A DNA stretch of 64,000 nt from Iphione sp. A-MEVVRFRX5 (GCA_976226885.1 OZ320318.1:68572001-68636000), one strand, 5' to 3'. Shown: positions 50,001 through 58,381, counted from the first letter of the stretch. A program made the numbers and translations. The notes: generated from the letters alone by a model not told the origin.

Positions 50001-53000
50001 GTTCCCTCCGCAGCGGTGACAGGTTTACCACACATTTCATCGAAAAACAAGGGTGCATCACGACCTTCGCCGCTCACCCAGCGCGGCTTTCTCCCGTTAC
50101 CCCGGTTATCGCCCATGTGTGCGGCTACCAACGGTAGGTTCCTCACCTCGTGCTGCCGCGGCGAATCCCTCGTCGAAGTTAGACGTTGAGCGGCAGCGGC
50201 TTCTCTTCTGTCGCCGCAGCCCCGGGCCGATGTTCTCTGGTCAGTGGGCGTAGGTGCGTTCGGTCGGCGCTCGACACGTGTTGCGTGGATCACGACGCTG
50301 TAGATCGTGTGGTGTCGCTCGGGTGCAACTTCCTGCGGCTCCCCTGGCGCCGCCTGGAGACTAGCGGTCGAATCACGCGGTATTGCGGTTAGCGGGGTGG
50401 GGCCCAGCGCGCTGCCTCTTATACGCTGAGATGCGGCTGCGGCGCCCTCTATCGGCATGGCGTAACCGTGCGGCCTCGCGGCTTCCTCCCGGGCCCGCTG
50501 CACCTCGTCCTGTGCCGCTGCGGCCTCCTGAACGCCGCACGTTACTTGGGGGTCGAGATGGGCGATCTTCAGGCGATCTGCATGAACTACTCTCTGCCGA
50601 TGTCCACGACTGACTCGGTACACCACTTCGGACAACGCCTTCTCCACGGTCCAGGGCCCCTCCCACCAACTCTGCAACTTCGGGGAGATCCCCTTCTTGC
50701 GGGCCGGGGTGAAAAGCCAGACTCGGTCGCCTTCGGCGTACCGTTGGTGCCTCACCCCTCGGTTGTACCAGTCCTTCTGCTGTGCTGCCACACGACTCAG
50801 CTTCTCTGCTACTTTCTCATGCGCCCGGCGGACCTCTTCCGCTATCCGGCTCGCGTACTCCCCACGATCCACCAGGGGTGGGGCCGGGCCACCATAGCGC
50901 AGCTCCACCGGCAGCGTCACCTCTCGGTGCAACAATGTCTGGTTCGGTGATTCCCCCGTGGTGTTGTGGGGGGTGGCCCGGTAGGCGGCCATCACGAACG
51001 GCAGGGCTTGGTCCCAGTCCTTCCGGCGCTCCTCGGCTAGCGTGCCCAGCATGTTCCCCAACGTGCGATTAAATCGCTCGACTACCCCATCACTCTGGGG
51101 GTGGTAGGGGGTGGTTCGGGATTTCTCTATCCCGAGGAGTCGTAGTACTTCCACGAACAGCGCCGCCTCAAAATTACGGCCCTGGTCCGAATGGAGTACC
51201 CGTGGGGGGCCGAAACGGCAGACCACTTCCCTAACGATGATGTCTGCTGTGGCCGCCGCGGTGGCCTCCTCAAGAGGGAACGCCTCCGTCCACTTTGAGA
51301 AGTGGTCGGCCACTACCAGGATGTACCTGTTTCCCCTCTCTGTCACAGGAAGCGGCCCCAAGATGTCTGCCGCCAGCACTTCCCACGGCTCCGACACGGG
51401 GCGTCCTTGCAGGTGGGCCCGGTGGCGCCTCCCCGGCCCTTTCCTTTGTTGGCATGCCTGACAGCACTGGGACCAGCGTGCAACGTCGCGCGACATCCCA
51501 GGCCAAAACCAGTGCCGGCGCAGCGCTGCTCCAGTCTTCTCTGGACCAAGGTGGCCACCCACCGGGCCTGCGTGGGTCTCCTGCCAGAGGCTCTTCTGTA
51601 TGGCCCGGGGGACGTAGGTCTGAGGGAGCCTCTGCCGGTCCTCCTCTTCCCAAAGGCGCACCAGTGCTCCCGATCGGAGCTCGAGTCTCGGGCCTTCCGC
51701 TCTGAGCTGTCTTTCTTCCCAGGTCAATCCAGCCCGCAGCCCAGGGAGGGGCTCCCCTTCCTCCAGCGCTTGGATGAGCTCGCCTGTTGCCGGTTCCATC
51801 CTCTGCATCTGGCACACATCTGGACCACCCTCCACTCCGGCGATGCCCACCGCCGCCGCACTCTCGGACCCCAGGTCTCGCCGGCCGCATTGCTTGCATT
51901 CTTGCCGTGATAGTCCGTCTGCGTTACCATGGCGTTTCCCTGGCCGGTGCGTGATCCGGAGGTCATGACAGAAGACCTCCTCTAGCCACCTGGCCAGCTG
52001 ACCCTGTGGCTCGTGGAAGTTGCACAGCCAGCGCAAGGAATCGTGGTCGGTGCGGATGTCAATGGCCCGGCCCCCCACATAGCATCTAAACTTCCGGAGG
52101 GCGAACACCACCGCCAAGAGTTCCTTCCTCGTAACGCAATAGTTCCGTTCGGGGCGGGTCAGTGTGCGGCTGGCGTAGGCCAGCACCCGCTCACGCCCTT
52201 CCTGTACTTGAGACAACACCGCACCGATGCCAGTGTCGGAAGCATCGGTGTCCAGGAGCAGCTGCCCCACGGGTGTCGGATAACCCAGGATGGGGGTAAT
52301 GGACAGTCGGGCCTTCAGCTGTTCGAAGGCTTCTTGACAGGCCGGGGACCACTCAAACTCCTGCTCTGCTCCAGCCAGGGCATGCAGGGGTGCCGCTAGG
52401 GTGGCAAACCCTTCCACAAAGCTGCGGTAGTACGAGCAGAGTCCTAGAAAGCTTCGAAGTTCTGCTGCACACCGAGGGCGGGGCCATCGCGAGGCGGCCC
52501 TGATCTTCTCTGGGTCGACCCCCACTCCTTCCGCCGAGACCCGATGGCCCAGGTATGCCACTTCTCGCTGGAATAGTTGACACTTGGACGCTTTGACGCG
52601 GAGTCCGGCCTCAATCAGCCTCTGGAATACCGCGCCGAGTCGGGTGCACATCTCCTCCACCGAGCGGCCCAGGACGATCACATCGTCGAGGTACACTAAA
52701 CACTCGGTGCCCACGAGGCCCCGCAGTACGGACTCCATAAGCCGCTCAAAGGTGGAGGGCGTGTTGCAGAGGCCGAACGGCATTACCCGGAACTGGTAAA
52801 GGCCGTTCGGGGTGCACACCGCCGTCTTTTCTGCGTCCGCCGGATCCATCTCGACCTGCCAGTAACCGCTGGCCAGGTCGATCGCCGAAAAATACTGGCT
52901 ACCCTGCAGAGCATCGAGGGTGTCGTCTATCCGGGGGAGGGGGAACGCGTCCTTCTTAGTGATGGCGTTGAGTTTGCGATAGTCGATGCAGAACCGTAGC

Positions 53001-54226
53001 CCCCCATCCTTCTTTTGTACGAGCACCAGCGGAGATGCCCATGGACTTGTGGAGGGCTCCAGCACCCCCTTCTGCACCATCTTGTCTACCTCCGCGTGAA
53101 CTGCCTCCCTCTTGGGAGGGGGAAGGCGCCTTGCTCGTTGACGAATGGGTGGGTGACCCTGGGTGTCGATGCGATGTCGGACTTCCGGGGTACGCCCGAG
53201 CGGACCACTGGCTGTCTGGAAGACTTCGCGGTGGCACCGTAGCATGGCCGCTATCTGCTGCCGCTCCGGATCGGTGGTCTCTACCGGTAGTTGCCCTAGC
53301 AAGTACTCTACCGCTTGCTCTTGCTCTGCCTCCACCTGCTCCTGGGGAGCCTCGGGTGGTCCAAGCACCGCGGCGACCTGACGGAGCTCGGCCAGCCGGG
53401 TTCCCTCGAAGACTCGTGTCGCCTGGGAGCCGGGATTCCACACTGGAACCCACACCCTCCCCTCCTGGGGTCGTACCAGCGCGCGAGCCACTCGTAGTCC
53501 CGAGCGTGACTCAAACCTGGCGTCAGGCTCCGCTAACCCTTCCAAAGAGTCGACCCCTCCTTGACACGCCTTCGCCTGAACCCAGCCTATTCCTCCCGCA
53601 GGAATCTCTTGACTGCCGCTGGCTCGCACTGTGGCCGCCCATTCACGGTTGCCGGGCCAAACAGTGACCGTGGCCTCCCTCGTATCTACTGTTGCCGCCC
53701 ACCGATCCAGCCAGTCCAAGCCAAGTAGACCCGGTATCTCCATCTCTACCACGATGGCCACCACCTGTAGGGTGACCCCTGCGAACCGAACTTCGCAGTC
53801 CACCAGCCCCAATACTTGTAGGGCGCTGCCATCCACCCCGAAGACTCGTGCCCCCGCCGGGTCCAACAACACCCCCTGTAGTTCTCGGTAGGTCCGTGCC
53901 GAGAGGAGGGAAGCGGAGGCTCCTGTGTCCACCAGCCAGTCCACCACCTGTCCGCCGACTTCTCCCTCCAACAATACTCCCCGGCACCCCGTCCTCCTCC
54001 TTCCCTGCAGTACCCTCCTGGTCTCCCCCTCGACGGCGGCGACCATCGCCTCCAAGGGGGGTCCCAGGCCGGGTGGTACGGAATCGGACGCCGCCCGCCC
54101 TACTGAGCCGGGGCGGGCGGCTTCTCGTTTTCCGGCTGCGCTGGAGCAGCGTCGGCGGTGTTCTCGGCTGCCTTCCGTACCGGGCAGTCCCGCTTGAAGT
54201 GCCCGGGCTCCTTGCAGTAAAAGCAT
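47006..54226 (-). CDS. pol: pol polyprotein (PR, RT, RNase H, integrase) with a roughly 1180-aa C-terminal extension containing two C2H2 zinc fingers
   Basis: Protease LVDTGAS (D codon at 53929), RT YLDD (52682-52693), RNase H DTDASDTGIGAVL, integrase HHCC plus D,D-E core (DILGP, HSDQG, ERFNRTL), and IN C-terminus ...GPW...VHADRLK (about 50570). The frame stays open to 47006. Translation probably enters by frameshift at about 54130. Confidence 0.95.
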   Translation of the reverse strand: MLLLQGARALQAGLPGTEGSREHRRRCSSAAGKREAARPGSVGRAASDSVPPGLGPPLEAMVAAVEGETRRVLQGRRRTGCRGVLLEGEVGGQVVDWLVDTGASASLLSARTYRELQGVLLDPAGARVFGVDGSALQVLGLVDCEVRFAGVTLQVVAIVVEMEIPGLLGLDWLDRWAATVDTREATVTVWPGNREWAATVRASGSQEIPAGGIGWVQAKACQGGVDSLEGLAEPDARFESRSGLRVARALVRPQEGRVWVPVWNPGSQATRVFEGTRLAELRQVAAVLGPPEAPQEQVEAEQEQAVEYLLGQLPVETTDPERQQIAAMLRCHREVFQTASGPLGRTPEVRHRIDTQGHPPIRQRARRLPPPKREAVHAEVDKMVQKGVLEPSTSPWASPLVLVQKKDGGLRFCIDYRKLNAITKKDAFPLPRIDDTLDALQGSQYFSAIDLASGYWQVEMDPADAEKTAVCTPNGLYQFRVMPFGLCNTPSTFERLMESVLRGLVGTECLVYLDDVIVLGRSVEEMCTRLGAVFQRLIEAGLRVKASKCQLFQREVAYLGHRVSAEGVGVDPEKIRAASRWPRPRCAAELRSFLGLCSYYRSFVEGFATLAAPLHALAGAEQEFEWSPACQEAFEQLKARLSITPILGYPTPVGQLLLDTDASDTGIGAVLSQVQEGRERVLAYASRTLTRPERNYCVTRKELLAVVFALRKFRCYVGGRAIDIRTDHDSLRWLCNFHEPQGQLARWLEEVFCHDLRITHRPGKRHGNADGLSRQECKQCGRRDLGSESAAAVGIAGVEGGPDVCQMQRMEPATGELIQALEEGEPLPGLRAGLTWEERQLRAEGPRLELRSGALVRLWEEEDRQRLPQTYVPRAIQKSLWQETHAGPVGGHLGPEKTGAALRRHWFWPGMSRDVARWSQCCQACQQRKGPGRRHRAHLQGRPVSEPWEVLAADILGPLPVTERGNRYILVVADHFSKWTEAFPLEEATAAATADIIVREVVCRFGPPRVLHSDQGRNFEAALFVEVLRLLGIEKSRTTPYHPQSDGVVERFNRTLGNMLGTLAEERRKDWDQALPFVMAAYRATPHNTTGESPNQTLLHREVTLPVELRYGGPAPPLVDRGEYASRIAEEVRRAHEKVAEKLSRVAAQQKDWYNRGVRHQRYAEGDRVWLFTPARKKGISPKLQSWWEGPWTVEKALSEVVYRVSRGHRQRVVHADRLKIAHLDPQVTCGVQEAAAAQDEVQRAREEAARPHGYAMPIEGAAAASQRIRGSALGPTPLTAIPRDSTASLQAAPGEPQEVAPERHHTIYSVVIHATRVERRPNAPTPTDQRTSARGCGDRREAAAAQRLTSTRDSPRQHEVRNLPLVAAHMGDNRGNGRKPRWVSGEGRDAPLFFDEMCGKPVTAAEGTTWNRYSHGYLSSAARLACRAGVDCSRTIPLRRSGRRLARPSGVDAPLLLCGDLADAAPQPGCQGAAAALPGDDQQREDRRSTATSRPREETRGAAEADLAHPRPVQTRSAAAALAVPSPSGRAPPANCTPPVPHRRIDDMADVPEDVPPPDAESNDSGSSGEEEPGAPEERRHRCSRCASTFAQPSNLRRHLKDVHAPEGLGWLCPDPECEQQAFHRRTDWKRHLNGVHEPNDWALTVDLQYLRFWGLNPTYGEPRLCPADKVEMLQRARAREKKSREKEVRRAVGRLSTQRGASKRGSKKRGRSATPEEGSDNRAEGPPAAIPGAATQQQQEPEAGPSAGQPEDPAEPPPAQLSTSTGTSTPSGPQAIGGTRKARRRRGASTRQRRDPPPSSLEESALPSARAPGVVSRTVSSGPLGGEETMTGDADQSGSSCAGPPPPPATTRAPEPDKGAPPRPPGAEGSTVAPEGRGTGRSVDAPHQGPQTPPGPPPSSSSGRDSSTDEARRLVKEWAASVLREEGPDHRAPRPPASAMPDIPPDSEGGGSPVSGQTSDRSTGTPDGAGEGSTPSTAEPSPQEALGQYTGSTGAATGDSQGSGGSGPPPRLDQRLATGTYARPDRPSSQEKEGRDAPPPRPEVATPDNIDLPAGASHYKGRRLFLDSASQTSADEPPPQLQVTLPRVTTVEPRGEGLSGLSSAAGTRQVGVRATFRASPTARSVGLSPPCRLPGMGRGAPDRRREPRPGTPIGAPSWEEDERRLDERLGVGWERPVEGDVVDLVTPPGSITPSPAKKPRLGGAAEADPAGEPLTTGPTVTHGSSSEGQAPGDDGEEDQELATLFEEESSEEEPEPPPDGTALRPHSSPAPDTDPKGPQPTMPTEPRVPLGANAADTVGIAARPPESPQQEDVPTSVTQKKAETEKSPGGGVISNLTATEGAGLTPDPTASSAASPDHRRGTSGEPAEHSNHPGAERRRGDVGPRADTRAQWADRRRGGHNRGG
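49313..49477 (-). other. Tandem C2H2 zinc fingers within the pol extension
   Basis: CSRC-ASTFAQPSNLRR-H-LKDV-H (canonical C-x2-C-x12-H-x4-H with conserved F and L) and CPDPEC-EQQAFHRRTDWKR-H-LNGV-H. Confidence 0.85.
54090..54133 (-). promoter_or_regulatory. Putative -1 programmed ribosomal frameshift signal (gag to pol)
   Basis: G_GAA_AAC in the gag frame at 54133-54127, a 5-nt spacer, then a perfect 11-bp stem GCCGCCCGCCC/GGGCGGGCGGC with a 10-nt loop. pol is in the -1 frame. Confidence 0.75.
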
Positions 54227-55518
54227 CCTTCGTTGTTCGCGCGCTTCCCGCCTCGCCTAACGGGGGAAGCGGTTGTTGCGGGCTGCTCCAGTAGCTTGGA
54301 CAGGAGTTGCTCAATGCGCTCCAATCCGGTCGACGTCTTGGCGTCGTGGCTGGCCGCCGCCACCTCTTGAGATTCGGCCTGTGCCGCGTGGACACGCGTC
54401 GCCCCAGCCCCCGGGCTGCGCTCCTTCTCGGCGCGGTGGTACGACTCGGCCAAGAGCGCCTCCGAGATGGCTGCCTGAAAGGACCGGGCCTTAGCTTGCA
54501 CGACCCATCTCCGGCAACGCTCTTCGCGGAGAGCCGAGACGAAGGCATCCTTGCACATTCGATCCAACCAGGAGCCCTCGGCCTCCGGGTAGGCCTGCCG
54601 TACCAATCTTTCAACTTCCTCGGCCAGTTTCTGGACGTCCTCGTCCTTCTTCTGGCGACGCTGTTTTAACTCCTGCTCATAATACTGGGCTCGATCCTCC
54701 GACTGGAACCTCTGTCACAGGGTCTCGACAATAGTCGAGAACGCTCCCTCAGCGGATACATCCACATTGGCTGAGCGGAGGGCGGATTGTGCCGAGCCCC
54801 TGAGACACACGCTGAGTTGCAGCGCCTGTTCCGCTTCGTCCCATCGGTTGGCCCGGGCCACCAGGGAGAAGTGATGCAGGTATTCCGCAAGGGGGACTCC
54901 TCCACTGAAGGACTCCGGCTTAACATGGAACCGGCGTGTCGGGGGTACCGGAGGGGCAGGCCGGAGAGCGGACTGGATCTCATCCATCAGCCCCCGCATC
55001 AGCTGGACGGCGTTTCCTTGTCCGCCCCCGGCCAGGCTCGGGTTGGGCGGGGGAGGGCCAGCCGGCGGGGTGGCTGGCGGCGGGGGAGCCGGGGCAGCGG
55101 GGTCGCGAGGGTTCGCCGTCCCATCTGGCTGTCCTCCTACCCCGGTGGGGGCTCCGGGCGTGGTGTCGTCACTGCCCCTCCCACGGGGCGAGCCGGCCCC
55201 GCTGGGAACAGAAGAATCCTCACTGCTGCTGTGGCTCGACGAGTGGTCTTCGTCCGACAGTGCCGTGCCGCTGCGGCGCAAAGGGGTGCGGCGGCACGGT
55301 GGGGTGCTGCGGCGCAGTGGGGTGCTGCAGCACGGTGGGGTGCCGCGGCCCCGCGGCACGCGATGTGCCCCGAGCTGCACCTCCTCGTCCTCAGTGCTGG
55401 AGTCTTCCCTCGTGGGGGACCACTCGTGGGGAACGGTACATCCCACGTGTCCCCCCCGGGGGGCAGGGCGTGTCCCCCTTCCTCGCGGTTGCGGTGCCCC
55501 GGTGGGTGATTCCTCCAT
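54100..55518 (-). pseudogene. gag: gag (about 472 codons) interrupted by one in-frame TGA at 54715-54717
   Basis: ATG at 55518. Capsid-like segment KPESFSG...EYLHHFSLVARANRW...LSVCLRGSA; the same frame continues past the TGA (ETL*QRFQSEDRAQYY...) to the zinc knuckle CFYCKEPGHFKRDC and TAG at 54100-54102. Confidence 0.9.
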
Positions 55519-55534
55519 CCCACCGCTGCCACCA
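55517..55534 (-). promoter_or_regulatory. Primer-binding site, tRNA-Leu type
   Basis: Minus strand TGGTGGCAGCGGTGGGAT starts 1 nt after the 5' LTR. It is complementary to the ...AUCCCACCGCUGCCACCA 3' end of metazoan tRNA-Leu (AAG/TAG type), recalled from known tRNA sequences. Confidence 0.85.
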
Positions 55535-55535
55535 A

Positions 55536-55847
55536 TGTAACGTCCGCTCCGCAAGTAAGACATGACTCCAGTTAAGATAAAGAGGTTTATTCGGTAAGAA
55601 CAATATAGGCATAAGCAGTGAGCACCAACAGTGAGCACCAAAGGTAATCTGAACTGCCCGGGTGGGCCAACTCCCTTATATACCCACCCCCAGTCTCCTC
55701 AGCATCCGGGTACCGGACCCCTCATACTCCGCAGCACCCCTTCGAGTGCCGCACGGGGGCGTGCCGCTGCACCCCACCAGTCCAGTTCACTGTGCCGCAG
55801 CACCCCATCGCGTGCCGCGGTGCCGCAGCCACGCAGTGGCTCCAACA
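55536..55847 (-). repeat. 5' LTR (312 bp)
   Basis: TGTAACG...CCAACA on +. Identical to 45490-45801 except one C/T difference (ccagtccactg vs ccagttcactg) by manual comparison. Confidence 0.97.
55676..55682 (-). promoter_or_regulatory. LTR TATA box (copy in 3' LTR at 45630-45636)
   Basis: TATATAA on the element strand, about 90 nt upstream of the LTR AATAAA, giving a U3-R-U5 layout. Confidence 0.7.
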
Positions 55848-58260
55848 ATATCATTAGATATAGTCAACCCATTCTGCCTCCCATTCTATCATTCTTCGGG
55901 AAAAGAAATAGGAAGGTGATTTGCGGGTATCAATGTTGGAACACTGTGTTATGTAAAGTACGGACTAGGAGCATACAGGAACCAAGTAAACCATTTTAAT
56001 CTAAAAAAACGACTTCTTTGAGGAAGGTGAAAAAAATCTCACTTGATCATCTTCTTCTGAGAATTCATAGAATTTTATTGTGGTTGTAATTCTAGTTCTT
56101 TAATCCCAATAGATTAATCAGCATCCACTAACTGGTAGACCGTACAACCATTTTTGCTAACATTCAATGATGGTGCGACGGGGAAATCAGATAAAATATG
56201 TTTTTGATTGTTAAGATTCTTTTAATGGTATATAGGCCAATTAATACGGTCGTTTTCAAATTTGTACACATCAGATGTGATCCCAGGAAAAGAAGCCATG
56301 GTGTGTAACTAAAGGATGTTATTCTAGTGCTTGATAAATAGTAGCAACGCAAATAAAACGTGAAACAGGTTTTACCACTGTTTATGTTGCTATACAATCT
56401 GTAGAATACAAACTCATGAGCTACTTCAGGTAACCTGGCACTTAAGGCATTTAAAGTTTTACCTTTTTCATGAAAATATAAGAATTCATTTGTCAGAAGA
56501 CTAAATCGTTATGTGTTTTGAATCAAAGGTGACTGATTTGGAAAATATATATTAGATCATAGTGAGACCGAATTGATTGAAAGATAAATAGACTATAATT
56601 TACGAAAGGGATACCAGCGATTGTTTCCTAACAATCAGTGGAACAATCATTTCAAGAGAAACATAGAACCTCGTCATGAATGAATTGTAATAAGGTGCAG
56701 TTACATATTCCAATTCATATCGTGCCCTCTAAACCGAAGAACAGATTTTCAAAATGACAACTTATTTTCTGTAATCAGACTGTTAATCTTTTTTACACTG
56801 ATGGAGTCATTGACCACACATTTAAGAAATCCCGTTATCAGAAGGGCAAGTTTCCATTGAAATGTTTGTGCATTGTATCTGTTTGCATTATGTTGCATCA
56901 TCATCAACTATAAATGTGTATTTTAATACAGAGGGCTGACGTTGACTTGCATGAGGGTGTTGCATGAAATTGTTGCGTTAAGGTGTTGTTTCATTGTGTT
57001 TCTGTATGTAGGAGGGTTTTTTTTAGTTATTTGCATAAAAATGATAAAGATGAGCCACAACTCGGGGAACTGTGCTGTTTCTATGTGAATAGTTGATCAA
57101 ATTCAGCCGTAACTCTGGACATTGCGTGGTTTTATGCTAATGATATGCAAACTAAGTAAATTTCAATCATGTAAATGTGTACATGTACATGTATCTGGTC
57201 CTAATGTTTTTGCAACACCCTATTTGTGCATTTCCACGTGTTTAGTTGGAATTAACAAGGAGTGTCAAAAGAGGAAAAGGACAAAACACAATGCAATCCT
57301 AAATGCATCAACAAGACACAGCTATGGGTGCTCTCTTATTCATTATAATATGCTGGTAAAAAATGCAATGCAAACAAAATGCAGCACATGAACACATGCA
57401 TGGATGCTAGTACTGAAATGGAAAGTGGTGAACCAATTTTCTAGCAGCATGATGTTCCTTTGAAGTATGTCCATATGAAGTTAGAGATTTGGCCATTGCA
57501 TTTCCTAATACCCACATATAGACATATTGTCTAACCACTGCAGATGAAAAATATTTTGATTCTTTTGTAGTTGCTCGAACATTTCTTATATGAAGGGTGC
57601 TGCCCGAACATGTAGATGTATCTATATAATTGTCTTCCAGAGGTAACAAGGCGTACAGTTTATCCTACATAGAATATGAGTGAGGTGTCTTTTTAATGTA
57701 CAAGTGTTTATGCTATTGGATGCACTGTTCTAACACTCCTGTCGTGATAATCGGTACACTGTCCCATAGAAACGATTGTTCTCAGGTGGGTTTGAATTCT
57801 AGACCATTCCCGGGTGGATATCTATAAGATGAAGTATCATTGGTTTTACAAAAATCAAAATGGTGGTTCCTTGACAACTCGATTCACAAGTTTATGAGGA
57901 TAATACGATTAATATACAGACAGAAACGATTTACAAATGCTTCCTACATAAAGAGAAAATAATAATAAACAAACTTGGAGCATATGATACATACATATTG
58001 TTTCCCAATTCCAACATAATGTCTATATTTTCATTTCAACAAGATGAAAGACACCACGTGATTTGAAAACTAACTCTCGCACCAACGTGACTTGGGGTGA
58101 GATTTACTATCAGCCAATGAAATTGTTGTGTCTAATGTAAACATTCAAAATGGCATTCTTGGCAGCTTCAGTGCTAGAATACGATGTAAGTTTGATCAAA
58201 ATGTATTGAAATTATGCAGATAATTCAATCTCTCTGTAATAAATCGTTGTCAGAACAGTG

Positions 58261-58381
58261 TTTAAGCATAGATTCTATACTTTTTGTGGTCAAATCCAAG
58301 CCCCCTCCCTTACACCCTTGGCCTGCGGCCTCGGGTGTGGGGCTTGGATTTGACCACAAAAAGTAAGACTCTACGCTTAAA
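58261..58381. repeat. Palindromic (hairpin) element
   Basis: Roughly 44-bp inverted arms with a perfect core TACTTTTTGTGGTCAAATCCAAGCCCC, enclosing a nested ACACCC..GGCCTGCGGCC..GGGTGT hairpin. Confidence 0.85.

Larger units (their letters stand above)
45490..55847 (-). mobile_element. Full-length Ty3/Gypsy LTR retrotransposon (10,358 bp) with extra 3' coding cargo
   Basis: TG...CA direct LTRs at both ends, ATAT duplicated on both flanks, PBS and PPT in the expected positions, gag with CCHC knuckle, and pol order PR-RT-RH-IN (Ty3/Gypsy order). Confidence 0.98.

Noticed and set aside
47006-50550. env gene interpretation of the post-integrase region
   Set aside because: No signal peptide, furin site plus fusion peptide, or transmembrane anchor is visible; the features look nuclear instead.
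45585-55999. Dozens of overlapping + strand and alternate-frame ORFs inside the retrotransposon (e.g. 47175-48047, 48845-49648, 53643-54614, 54787-55509)
   Set aside because: Low-complexity R/P/G/A translations expected as stop-poor shadows of GC-rich coding DNA; no recognisable motifs.
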